The position numbers and the translations under genes were made by a program. A DNA stretch of 64,000 bases from Nymphaea colorata (lineage: Eukaryota): assembly GCF_008831285.2 (NCBI RefSeq), contig NC_045138.2:3658001-3722000 (forward strand), in the 5' to 3' direction. Every line of letters starts with the position of its first letter. Positions within the stretch are counted from its first letter, which is position 1. The notes beneath the pieces were generated by a model. That model was not told the origin of the DNA, did not search any database, and saw nothing but the letters and a program-made list of their open reading frames with translations. Shown here piece after piece: positions 23,001 to 35,000 of the stretch.

Positions 23001-26000
23001 GGATAATGCAAGGGAATATGTCTCCCAATCCCTTGATGATTTCTTGAAAGGCAAGGGTATTGTTCATGAAACCTCTTGTAGTTATACCCCTCCTCAAAAT
23101 GGTATAGCTGAACGAAAAAATCGTCATCTTTTGAATGTTACCCGGGCCATTATGTTCCAACGTCATGTCCCGAAGCGGTATTGGGGTGATGCACTTCTCA
23201 CTAGTGCACATCTCATTAACCGTATGCCTACTAGGGTGTTGGATGGTCAGTCTCCTTATTCTACCCTGTGGCCCACTCAGAATCCGTGGCCTCTTACTCC
23301 TCGTGTCTTTGGGTGCAGTTGTTTTGTGCATAATCATAGCCCTACTCTCAAAAAACTTGATCCCCGGTCTATTAAAGGAGTTTTCTTGGGGTACTCTTCC
23401 ACTCAGAAGGGGTACAAATGTGTGGATCCCACTACTTCCAAAGTGTATGTTTCGAGGGATGTCACATTTCATGAACATGAGTCGTATTTTCCGGTGAATC
23501 CTCTTCAGGGGGAGTGTCTTGGAAACAAAGGGGAAGAGTATTCTTCTAATCAGCTGATTCAGTTTATGGAGTTTTTGGAGTACAAGGTTAGTCCCAGTGT
23601 GATTGACACGGTCACGGTCAGTAATGAGAAGGGCAGTCATATGAAAGGGGTCACGGTGGATGCTCAGCCCACTGTTGCCCGGGATCACTTGTTTGGCCAG
23701 GTTTATGTCAGAAAGGAGAAAGCTACAGTGGAAGATGTTGGTGATGAGGATAGAACCAATCCCAATCCTGTGATCTCCCCGGATGACCCAAGTCCATTGA
23801 ATGAAGAGCTCCCTATTGCTTTGCGCAAAGGCACCAGGTCATGTACTTCTCACCCTATTCAGAGATTTGTTTCTTATGCTAAGCTCAGTACAAATTACAA
23901 GTGTTTTATCACAACCTTATCCAAAGTTGTTATTCCCAGGTCGGTGGATGATGCTAAGGATGATCCCAAGTGGTTACATGCTATGACGGAGGAGATGGGT
24001 GCGTTAGCTAAGAACAAAACATGGGAAGTTGTTGATACCCCTAAAGGGACACACTTAGTTGGCTCTAAGTGGGTTTACAACGTGAAGTACAAACCTGATG
24101 GCACTGTAGATCGATATAAAGCTCGTCTGGTTGCAAAGGGGTTCAGCCAGAAGTATGAGATCGACTATCTTGAGACCTTTGCCCCTGTTGCAAAGTTGAA
24201 GACCGTGAGGGTTATTCTTGCTCTTGCTGTGCACAGGAAGTGGCGCATGGACCAGCTTGATGTTAAAAATGCGTTCTTGAACGGCCATCTGGAGGAAGAA
24301 GTCTATATGAGCATGCCTCCCGGGTATGTTCAAGAGGGAAAATGTTGTCACCTCAAGAAAGCTTTGTATGGCCTGAAGCAGTCGCCTAGAGCTTGGTTTG
24401 AGAGACTAAGGATCGTTATGAAGTCTACTGGGTACAAGCAAAGAAATGGAGATCATACCCTATTCATAAAACAGAGAGATGGTCTGGTGAGTCTTCTCCT
24501 TGTCTACGTTGATGATATGATTGTCACTGGCAGTGATGAAGAAGAAAACAGAAAGATGAAGGAGAGATTAGCTAAAGAATTCGACCTCAAGGATCTGGGT
24601 AAGCTGAGATACTTTCTGGGGATAGAGATTGCTCGATCAGAGACAGGGCTGGTTATGAATCAAAGGAAGTACACTCTTGACTTACTAAAGGAGACAGGTA
24701 AACTTGGTTGTAGGCCCTATCTTACTCCTATGGAGTCGGGGACTAAGATAAGTATCAAGACGGGCACTATTCTGGATGAGGAAGGAAAAGGGCGATATCA
24801 GAGGCTAGTCGGCAAGCTTATCTATCTTACTCTAACTCGCCCTGATATCACGTATGCGGTAAATGTGCTAAGTCAATTTATGCATGCTCCCACGGATTGT
24901 CCCTGGAAGAGTGCAGAAAGAGTGTTGGGATATCTAAAGAATGACCCAGGAAAAGGACTGTTGTATACTCGACAAGACAAACTTACTATTGAGGGCTACT
25001 CAGATGCAGATTGGGCAGGTTGCACTGACACAAGGAGGTCTACTACAAGGTATTGTATCTTTCTTGGAGGTAACCTAGTTGTTTGGAGAAGTAAGAAGCA
25101 AGAAGTATGTTCGAGGTCTAGTGCTGAGGCTGAGTACAGGGCTGTTGCAATGGGGGTTACAGAGATGCTGTGGCTGAAGATTCTTTTGACTAATATTGGT
25201 GTGGAACTGGGAGATAAAATGAAGATGTACTGTGACAACAAGTCTGCGATTAATCTTGTCAATAATCCAGTTCTACACGACAAGACCAAACATGTGGAGA
25301 TTGACCGTCATTTTATCCGGTAACGCATTGACTCAAAGGAGCTGATTCTGCCATATATGAAGTCTGAAGATCAAGTTGCAGACGTCCTAACTAAAGGGCT
25401 TTGTACTTCTTCATTCGAAAAGAATGTTAGCAAGCTTGGCATGTTTGACATGTATGCCAAGCTTGAGGGGGAGTGTTAGAATATGTTATTGTGGGAACCG
25501 GGTCCATACCTGGACCCGGTTCTATAGGGCGCGGGTACCGAAGCGGGCTCGGTACCCTAGGCAGCTTCTCCTCTCTCCCTCTTTATATTGTCACTTATGT
25601 ATAAGTGTTGAATTAAGTGAAATAGAATTTTCTCTCTCCTAGGGTTGCGGGTGTGCACCTAGGTAGAGCTTCCCGTGGTTTTTTCCTCGTCCGAGGTTTT
25701 TCCACGTACATCGTGTGTTCTTCCTCTTCTTCCTCTACGTGGTTCGTGTTTCTACAGATTGTAATGGGGAACCGGGTCCAATTCTGGACCCGGTCCCATG
25801 GGGCACGGGTACCGAGGCTGGCTCGGTACCCTAGGCGGCACTCTTTCTCTCCCTCCTATATAATCTTCACTTTAGTGTAATTGTTGAATTAAGTGAATAG
25901 ATTTTCTCTCTCCTAGGGTTGCGGTGTGCACCTAGGTTAGAGCTTCCCGTGGTTTTTTCCTCTTTCTGAGGTTTTTCCACGTATACCGTGTGTTCCTTTC

Positions 26001-29000
26001 TTCTTCCTTCGTGTGTTGCATGTTTCTACATGGTATCAGAGCCAGGTTCGTGAGATCGTGTGGCTTCGTCTCGTGTTTCCGCCGTCGCCCTTGCGCCGCT
26101 GCCGCCTGCGCCGTTGGAGTTTTCAGCGCCGCCGCCGCCGTCAGACGATCCAGCGCCGCCCCCGGTTGCCGTTTGTAGCTTCCGCTGCCGTGGGTGTCTC
26201 CTGTTCCGCCGTCGGACGATCCAGCGTTGTCACGCCTCTGCGCCGCCGCCGTCGGGCGATCCAGCGCGCCGTCGCTGGCACCTAGGGTTCCGTGTGGTGC
26301 TGGTGTTTGAGCCGCTGCTGTGTTGTCTTGTTGCTACTTGGTGTTGCGTCTAACTTGACTGCTTGTGATGGAGGAAGAGATCGCACCTAAAAGTGATGTG
26401 GCTTTTGACGCGCGCAGCGCTCCCAAGAGCGAGATCTTGCCGGTCCAGGTCACGCCCATTCGTCTGACTAAAGACAACTATCTCTCCTGGTCTGCTGCTC
26501 TCGAGATTGGGATAACAAGCCGTGGTCGTCTTTCCTATATCACAGGCGACAAACCGGCGCCCAGCAAAACTGATCCTCAATGGGCGACGTGGGTGTTGGA
26601 AGACAGTCAGGTTAAGGTGTGGATCATCAGCTCTGTGTCCGCTGATATTCAGCCTCTTATTCTGCGGAAGCCGACTTCGTTTGATATGTGGACTGTGCTT
26701 GCGAGGATGTATGGTCGCAAAAAAAGGGTTCTGCGTACGTACCAGATTAAACGCAGTATTTATTCTCTGAAACAGGGTGACCTGTCTGTTGCCTCCTTCT
26801 ATGCAGCCCTGAAAACTAAGTGGGAGGAACTTGATTATCATGTGAATGATAACTGGAACTGTGGTTCTGATCATGCCCGGTACTGAGAAAAGGAATGGAT
26901 GGACCGGACGTTCCTTTTCCTTGGAGGCTTGCGTGATGAGTTTGAATCCATTCGGAGTCAAATTCTCAACTGTGATGAGATTCCTGGAATAGAAGATGTT
27001 TATGCCAGAGTGGAATCCGAGGAACAAAGACGCCAAGTGATGAAGATTGACCCCAGTCATGGGAATGGTCCCTCGGCCTTTGTTAGCCGTTCTTCTGTGT
27101 CTGGCCAGCGCCCTGTTAGGCGATGTACACATTGTCACAAGTCAGGACATTCTGTTGACTTTTGTTGGGATCTACACCCTGAGAAGAGACTTGTTCGTGG
27201 TCGCCCTCCGTCTAGTCGGCGAGGTTCTCTTGTGCAGGACTCAAATCAGAGTGGTTCTTCTAGTGGTGAAAAGTTGAGGCTTTCCCCGGATCAAATCAAG
27301 GAACTACAAGCTTACATCAGTCGCCTTTCTACTACGTCAGAGGACACATCTACGTTTGATGGAGCTAAGTTAGCTCAGGCTCTTGTTGCTACTAGTGATC
27401 AAGGTAATTCCCCTCCCGGTGATTGGATTGTTGACAGTGGGGCTACTCATCATATGACCAGGGACCCTAAGATGTTTCAAGAATACAAGTTGACTTCTGG
27501 GCAGCAGCGTGTATCTATGGCTGATGGTTCTTCTATTTCTGTGGCTGGAAAAGAGAGTTTATCATTACTGAACAAATATTGTCTTCATAATGCCCTGCAT
27601 GTTCCTAATATTCCCGTAAATTTGTTATTTGTCAGCAGTATTATCAAAGAGCTAAACTGTAATCTAATATTCTCTGCTGATCGTTGTTTACTGCAGGACT
27701 TGAGGACGGGGCAGAAGATTGGGATTGGTTCGGCTATTGATGGGCTCGACAGAATGCCAGTACAGGTTGCCTCTGCTTTGATTTCAGCCACCAGTGGACA
27801 GTTGTCTGGCGTGGATGACAGATCCGTTATTATGCGCTGGCACGAGAGACTTGGTCATCTTCCTTTTCAGTTGATTAAACAGTTGTTTCCTAAGATGTTT
27901 CAGTCTGTTTCTTTGGACACCTTCGCCTATGAAGTGTGTCAGTTGTCTAAGCATGTTAGGGCCTCGTACCCTATTTCGTTCAATAAAACCAGCCGTCCAT
28001 TTGCTTTGGTTCACTCTGATGTTTGGGGTCCTTCGGGAGTACCCACCTGTCGTGGTTTTCATTATTTCATGACTCTTATCGATGATTACTCTCGGTGTAC
28101 GTTCGTGTATTTGTTGAAAGAACGTAGTGAAGTTCCCGGCATTGTCAAAAACTTCGTTGCATTTGTTGAAACTCAATTCCAGACCCCTGTTCAGACCCTT
28201 CGTACTGACAATGCTCGAGAGTATGTCTCCCAATCCCTTGATGACTTCTTGCGAAGCAAGGGTATTATACATGAAACATCTTGTAGCTACACACCTCCTC
28301 AGAATGGCGTGGCTGAAAGGAAGAACCGTCATTTGTTAAATGTCACCCGGGCCATCATGTTTCAACGTCATGTCCCTAAGCGGTACTGGGGTGATGCACT
28401 TCTCACTAGTGCTCATCTCATTAACCGTATGCCTACTCGTGTGTTGAATGGTCATTCCCCTTATTCTGTTTTGTGGCCTACTCAGAATCCCTGGCCTTTG
28501 ACCCCTCGGGTGTTTGGGTGTGTTTGCTTTGTCCATGATCATAGTCCCACTCTCAAGAAACTTGATCCTCGGTCCATCAAAGCGGTCTTTTTGGGGTATT
28601 CCTCCACCCAGAAGGGATACAAGTGTGTTGACCCTAGCACTTCCAGAGTGTATGTCTCCAGGGATGTTACCTTTCATGAACATGAGGCATACTTTCCTGC
28701 GAATCCTCTTCGGGGGGAGTGTCTAGGTAAGAGAGTGGACGAGTATTCTTCGCATCAGTTGATTCAGTTCACAGATTTCTTGGATTACACGGCTAGTTCT
28801 CTGAGTGTGAGTGTGGTAGACACAGTCAGTGAGGACAGAGACAGTCAGATGGAGGGGGGCCCTGTGGAAGAACAGTCCCGTGATCATTTGTTTGGTCAGG
28901 TATACAACAGGAAGAAGAAGGATGTGATGGAGGTTGTTGATGTTACCAATCCCGATGTGATGGAGGTTGTTGATGTTACCAATCCCGATCTTGTGAGCTC

Positions 29001-32000
29001 CCCGGATGATCCAAGTCCGATGAATGAAGATCTTCTCATAGCCCTACGCAAAGGCACCAGGTCATGTACTTCTCATCCTATTCAGAGATTTCTTTCGTAT
29101 GCTAAACTCAGTAAAGACTATAAGTGCTTTATTACCTATTTATCTATGGCTGTTATTCCCAGGTCAGTGGAGGATGCCAGGGAGGATCCCAAATGGCTAC
29201 ATGCCATGACCGAGGAGATGGACGCCCTGGCAAAGAACAATACGTGGGAGGTTGTTGATATTCCTAATGGAACTCACTTAGTTGGTTCCAAGTGGGTGTT
29301 TACTGTGAAGTACAAACCTGATGGCACTGTTGAACGCTATAAAGCTCGGTTTAGCCAGAAATATGGGATTGACTATCTTGAGACGTTCGCTCCCGTTGCT
29401 AAACTGAAGACAGTAAGGATCATCTTAGCTCTGGCAGTACAAAAGAAGTGGAGCATGGACCAACTTGATGTCAAGAACGCCTTCTTGAATGGTCACCTTG
29501 AGGAAGAAGTCTATATGAGCATGCCGCCTGGATATGCGCAGAAAGGAAAGTGTTGTTATCTCAAGAAAGCATTGTATAGCCTCAGGCAGTCCCCTAGAGC
29601 ATGGTTTGAAAGACTAAGGGTTGTGATGAAGACTAATGGATATAAACAGGGAAATGGTGATCACACCCTCTTCATCAAGCAGAGAAATGGTCTGGTGAGC
29701 CTTCTACTAGTATATGTTGATGATATGATTGTCACAGGTGATGACGAAGAAGAAAAAAGGAAGATGAAAGAAACGTTAGCTGCTGAATTTGATCTCAAAG
29801 ATCTGGGTAAATTGATGTATTTTTTGGGAATTGAGATCGCTAGATCTGAGACTGGTCTTGTTATGAGCCAAAGGAAATACACTTTGGATCTTCTAAAAGA
29901 GACAGGTAAACTGGGATGCAGGCCCTTTCTTACTCCAATGGAGTCTGGCACAAGGATAAGTATCAAAACTGGGACGATCTTGGATGAGGAAGGAAAAAGG
30001 AGGTATCAGCGGCTGGTTGGTAAACTCATTTATCTCACTCTTACTCGCCCGGATATTACGTATGTTGTGGGTGTGTTAAGTCAGTTTATGAATGCCCCTA
30101 CTGATTGTCATTGGAAAAGTGCTGAAAGAATATTGGGATACTTAAAGAATGACCCAGGGAAAGGACTGCTCTATACTCGACAAGGTCAACTCAGCATTGA
30201 AGGATACTCTGACGACGACTGGGTAGGTTGCACAGATACTAGAAGGTCTACCACAGGATACTGCATCTTTCTTGGAGGTAACCTGGTGGTATGGAGAAGT
30301 AAAAGACAAGAAGTTTGTTCCAGGTCCAGTGCTGAGGCTGAATACAGGGCGGTTGCTATGGGGGTTACAGAAATGTTATGGCTCAAAATTATGTTAGCAG
30401 ATATTGGGGTGAAAATGGAAGAGAAGATGAGGATGTATTGTGACAACAAGTCGGCTATTAATTTGGCAAACAATCCAGTCCTGCACGACAAAACCAAACA
30501 TGTGGAGATCGATCGCCACTTCATACGGGAACGCATAGATTCTAAGGAGTTGATCCTGCCCTATATGAAGTCTGAAGATCAAGTTGCTGATGTCTTAACT
30601 AAGTCTTTATGTACATCTCAATTTGAGAAAAATGTTAGCAAGCTTGGCATGTTTGACATGTATGCCAAGCTTGAGGGGGAGTGTTGAAATAGATTGTAAT
30701 GGGCACGGTTACCGAGGCTGGCTCGGTACCCTAGGCGGCACTCTTTCTCTCCCTCCTATATAATCTTCACTTTAGTGTAATTGTTGAATTAAGTGAATAG
30801 ATTTTCTCTCTCCTAGGGTTGCGGTGTGCACCTAGGTTAGAGCTTCCCGTTGTTTTTTCCTCTTTCTGAGGTTTTTCCACGTATACCGTGTGTTCCTTTC
30901 TTCTTCCTTCGTGTGTTTCATGTTTCTACAACCTTTAAGAAGGCATATGGAGAAAAATGCATACAGGCCCAGCCGATGGCAATCTTGACAGGACAAGGGG
31001 ACACACAGATGAAGAAGATTGAAGAAGGAGAGGAAAGGTTGCATCTTCTCTTAATGTCTGCTAAATCTAGCAGTCCACAGCAACAACAGGCCACTTCCAA
31101 GTTAGAAGCCACCGCCTTCTTACATGTTGTTTTGGCTGAATATGCTAGTGTCTTTGAGAATCCAAAAGGGTTACCCCCAAGTCGTGAATTCAACCATCAT
31201 ATCGATTTAGAAACTGGATCGAGACCAGTCAATTTGAAGCCTTATAGATACACCGAGACCAGTCAATTTGAAGCCTTATAGATACACCACATTCAAAAAG
31301 GAGGGACAGAAAAACTCATAAAAAGTATGTTGTCGGGAGGAGGGACCCAGCCCAGCCGAAGCCCTTACTCTTCACCAACATTGTTGGTCCGAATAAAGGA
31401 TGGAACATGGAGATTTTGTGTGGATTACAGGGCACTTAATTAAGTCATCATCAAGAACCGGCATCCTATACCAATTATAGAAAAATTGTTGGACGAGTTA
31501 CAATGGGCAGAAGTATATTCCAAGCTAGAACTTCGAGCTGGGTATCATCAAATCAGGATGGCCAAGAAGGATGTTACCAAGACAGTTTTCCAAACCCATG
31601 AAGGCCATTACAAATTTAAGGTAATGCCCTTTGGGTCAACAAATGCACCAGCCACCTTTCAAGCCCTAATGAACCACATTTTCCATCCTTTCCTACGGAG
31701 ATTCGTTTTGGTATTTTTCAATGACATACTGATTTACAAAAAGAATAAGGAAGAACATCAAGAGCATTTAAGGTTGGTGCTGAAAATATTAAAGAAGCAC
31801 CGACTACATGATAAAGCTTCAAAATGCGTAATTGGTTGTGATCAGGTGACCTATTTGGGTAACACCATTTCCAAACAAGTCGAGATGAAAGAGGAAAAGA
31901 TAGCAGCCATTCGCACATGGGCATTACCTGCGGGAATTAAAGTGTTGAGAGCCTTCTTAGGCCTAGCAGGATATTACTGCAGGTTTATTAAAAATTTTGG

Positions 32001-35000
32001 ACTACATGCTGCACCCCTAACCAGCATGTTGAAGAAGGATCAGTTCAGGTGGAACACTCAAAGTAAAGTTGCCTTTGAGAGGTTAAAGCAAGCTATAATC
32101 AGCTCACCTACGTTAGCAATGTCTGACTTCACCAAGACCTTCAAGGTGGAGACAGACGCATCCGAGAATGGGGTAGGGGCAGTGCTCAGCCAAAGCAAAC
32201 ATCCCATAGCTTTTCTCAGCAAGGCTATGGCAGTTATGGGAGTTCGATTCAAAATCAAATCCACTTATGAATGGGAGCTTATAGAAATGGTTCTGGCCAT
32301 CCAAAAGTGGCATCACTATCTAGTAGGACGAAAACTTCAGGTTTTCACATACCACAGCAGTTTGAGACTTTGAGGCCCTGCATGCAACATAAATCAGTTA
32401 ATGCTACTCAAATAAAATGGATCATGAAGCTTGCTGAATACAACTTTGATATTATATACAAGAAGGGCATTGAAAACATAATGGCTGATAGCTTGTCGCG
32501 GAAATATGAAGAAGAAAACAGAGCTGAATTAAATAACTTCTGTCTACCCTCGCTATGTTGGCCTATCGCAGCCATATGGGAGAAGGTGAGAGAAGAACAC
32601 CACAATTCAATTGATGTGCAAAAGAAGAGGGAACAGCTCGAACAAGACTCAATGGAAATAACCTTACCTATATGTGCCCCCAAACGCCAATCTAAGTAAG
32701 GAATTAATTTCATTCTTCCATGACAGCATCGAAGGGGGATATCAAGGGGAATAAGGCGCTTACAAGAGGGCCTGACAAACCTTCTTTTGGCCAGGCATGA
32801 AGAGAGACATCAGAAAATACATCAAGGCATGTGATACTTGTAGACGGCACAAATACGAGACGCTACGCCCTCCTGGCCTTCTACAACCTCTGCCTATTCC
32901 CGACAAAATATGAGAGGATTTGTCAATGGATTTTATCGAAGGACTGCCTCGATCAAAAGGGAAATCAGTTATCTTAGTTGTGGTGGACAGGTTATCGAAA
33001 TACACACATTTTATAGCACTGTCACACCCTTTCACAGCCAAGGATGTGGCTAAGGCTTTTCAGGATCATGTAGGAAAGCTGCATGGTATGCCACGGTTAG
33101 TGGTAAGTGATCATGACCCCTTGTTTCTAAGTAACTTTTAGAAAAATTACTTTGAATTACAGGGAACCAAGCTACAAATGAGTATTGCATACCATCATAA
33201 TCGGATAGCCAATCAGAGGTTCTAAATCGGGTATTGGAAACATATCTGAGGTGCTATGCAAAGTACCAGCCTCATAACTGGACAAAGTATCTAATTGGAA
33301 ACGTCTCGCCCGGCACTGTTCATCGCCCGTGCCCGACGCTCGTGCCCGAGCTTCGTCTGTCGCCCCACCGCCAGCGCCGCCCTGATCAGCGCCGCTCGGG
33401 ATTCCGCCGTCTCCTCCTAGCGACGCCCTGATCAGCGTCGTTCCTGTTCAGCCGCTTCCGCCCAGCGTCGGTCTGCCCAGCGACGACCTGTCCAGCGGCG
33501 TTCCTCTCTGTCATCCGAAGCATCGCCCACCGCCGTGTCTTTTTCTGGCGCCGCTCTGCCTGGTTCCGGCGGTCTATTTCCGCCCAGCGCCGTGCCGCTC
33601 TGCCTGGTTCCGGCGGTCTGCTTCCGCCCAGCACCGCGCCGCTCTGCCTGGTTCCGGCGGTCTGTCTCTGCCCAGCGCCGCTCCCTCGTTTTTTTTTTCT
33701 CCGGCGCTGCCTCTCTGTTGCTGTCTCTTCCGCCGGTGAGGTTTAGGCGTTCTCCGTTTTGTCCGTTGCCTGCTCTCTGCCTTTTTTTTGGTGTTGTATT
33801 GTGCTGTTGCTCCCTGCTGCCCTTGCTGCCTACTGGGCTTCACCCGTAGCTAGACTGGTTTGTGATTATGGCAGTCTCTTCCTCGTCAACCGTCAACACC
33901 AATCCCACTGAAATAGGGGCTTTTAGAACTGAGAATGTTCCCATGCAGGTCATCACTCTTCGCCTCACCAAGGAGAATTATTTCTCGTGGTCGCCTGCTA
34001 TGACTATGGGGATTGCTGGCCGTGGTCGCATGGCCTATATTGATGGGAGCAACCCCGAACCAGCAAGAACAAGTGATGTGTGGCATACTTGGTTTCTTGA
34101 GGATAATCAAGTGAAAACTTGGATTGTCAATTTCGTTTCCGCCGATATTCAGCCCCTTATCCTTCGGAAGAAGACTGCTAGAGACATGTGGGTGGTCCTT
34201 GAGCAAATGTATGGCCAAAAGAAGACCGCAATTCGTACTTACCAAGTAATGAAGACAGTCTATGGCATTCGACAAGGGAACTCGTCTGTTGCAGAGTAGT
34301 ATGGGGCTTTGAAAGCCAAGTGGGAAGAGCTTGACTATCATTCTGATATTCCTTGGCATTGTCTCCATGATCAGGCGCTCTATGTTGCTCATGAATGGGA
34401 AAACAGGGTGTTCCTCTTTTTAGCAGGTTTAAATGATGAGTTTGAAGGTGTTCGAAGCCAGATTCTGAATTCAGGGGAGGTGTCCAGTATTGAAGATGTG
34501 TACTCCTGTGTTGAAGCGGAAGAACAGAGGAGGCTTGTTACAAAAGAAGGGAAGAGGGAACTTGTGCCCTATAACGAGAGATCCGCTCTCGTGAGTCGTG
34601 GTCCTGGTGGCCCGTCTAGATCCCTTCGCCGGTGCACTCACTGCAAGAAGACAGGTCACACCGTAGATTATTGTTGGAATCTTCATCCTGAAAAGAAGGG
34701 AAACAAAGGGAGATCTTCGATTGGGAGAACGCCTGTGTCTGAGGTGCAAGCATCCAGTGGAGAAAAAGTCTCCATTTCTGCTGACCAGCTTCGTGAACTA
34801 AGGGCTTATTTGGGCAGGATCGATGTCAACAAGATTGAGACCTCAGAGGGAACTACAGCTAATCATGCTCTTGCGGTTATTGGCAATCAAGGTAACTCTT
34901 CTGTGGGGGAATGGATTGTCGATAGTGGTGCTACTCATCACATGACAGGTAATCCAAAATTGTTTCATGAGTATAAGTTGTCCTCGGGAAAGGAACGTGT

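Larger units (their letters stand above)
20554..30930 (+). mobile_element. Copia D: full-length Ty1/Copia in the Gypsy protease; 5' LTR split by Copia C
   Basis: TSD acctt at 20549-20553 and 30931-30935; 5' LTR 20554-20568 plus 25762-26030; 3' LTR 30682-30930; PBS at 26031. Confidence 0.95.
18828..33293 (+). mobile_element. Ty3/Gypsy element (chromovirus, Reina-like), 3'-truncated; hosts Copia D and C
   Basis: Probable 5' LTR ~18828-19080 ending ..aaca, then degenerate Met PBS tggcatcgaagcc; gag [25 protein letters not shown], then RT-RH-IN order after the Copia insertion; stops abruptly in integrase (..WTKYL). Confidence 0.88.

Noticed and set aside
22801..23688. 295-aa antisense ORF over the Copia C integrase
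   Set aside because: Broken by stops in near-identical Copia B and in D; a shadow of the sense frame
20569..30930. Copia C and D as a tandem dimer sharing an LTR
   Set aside because: The LTRs are different, and the TSDs (gattg, acctt) show C nested in the D 5' LTR
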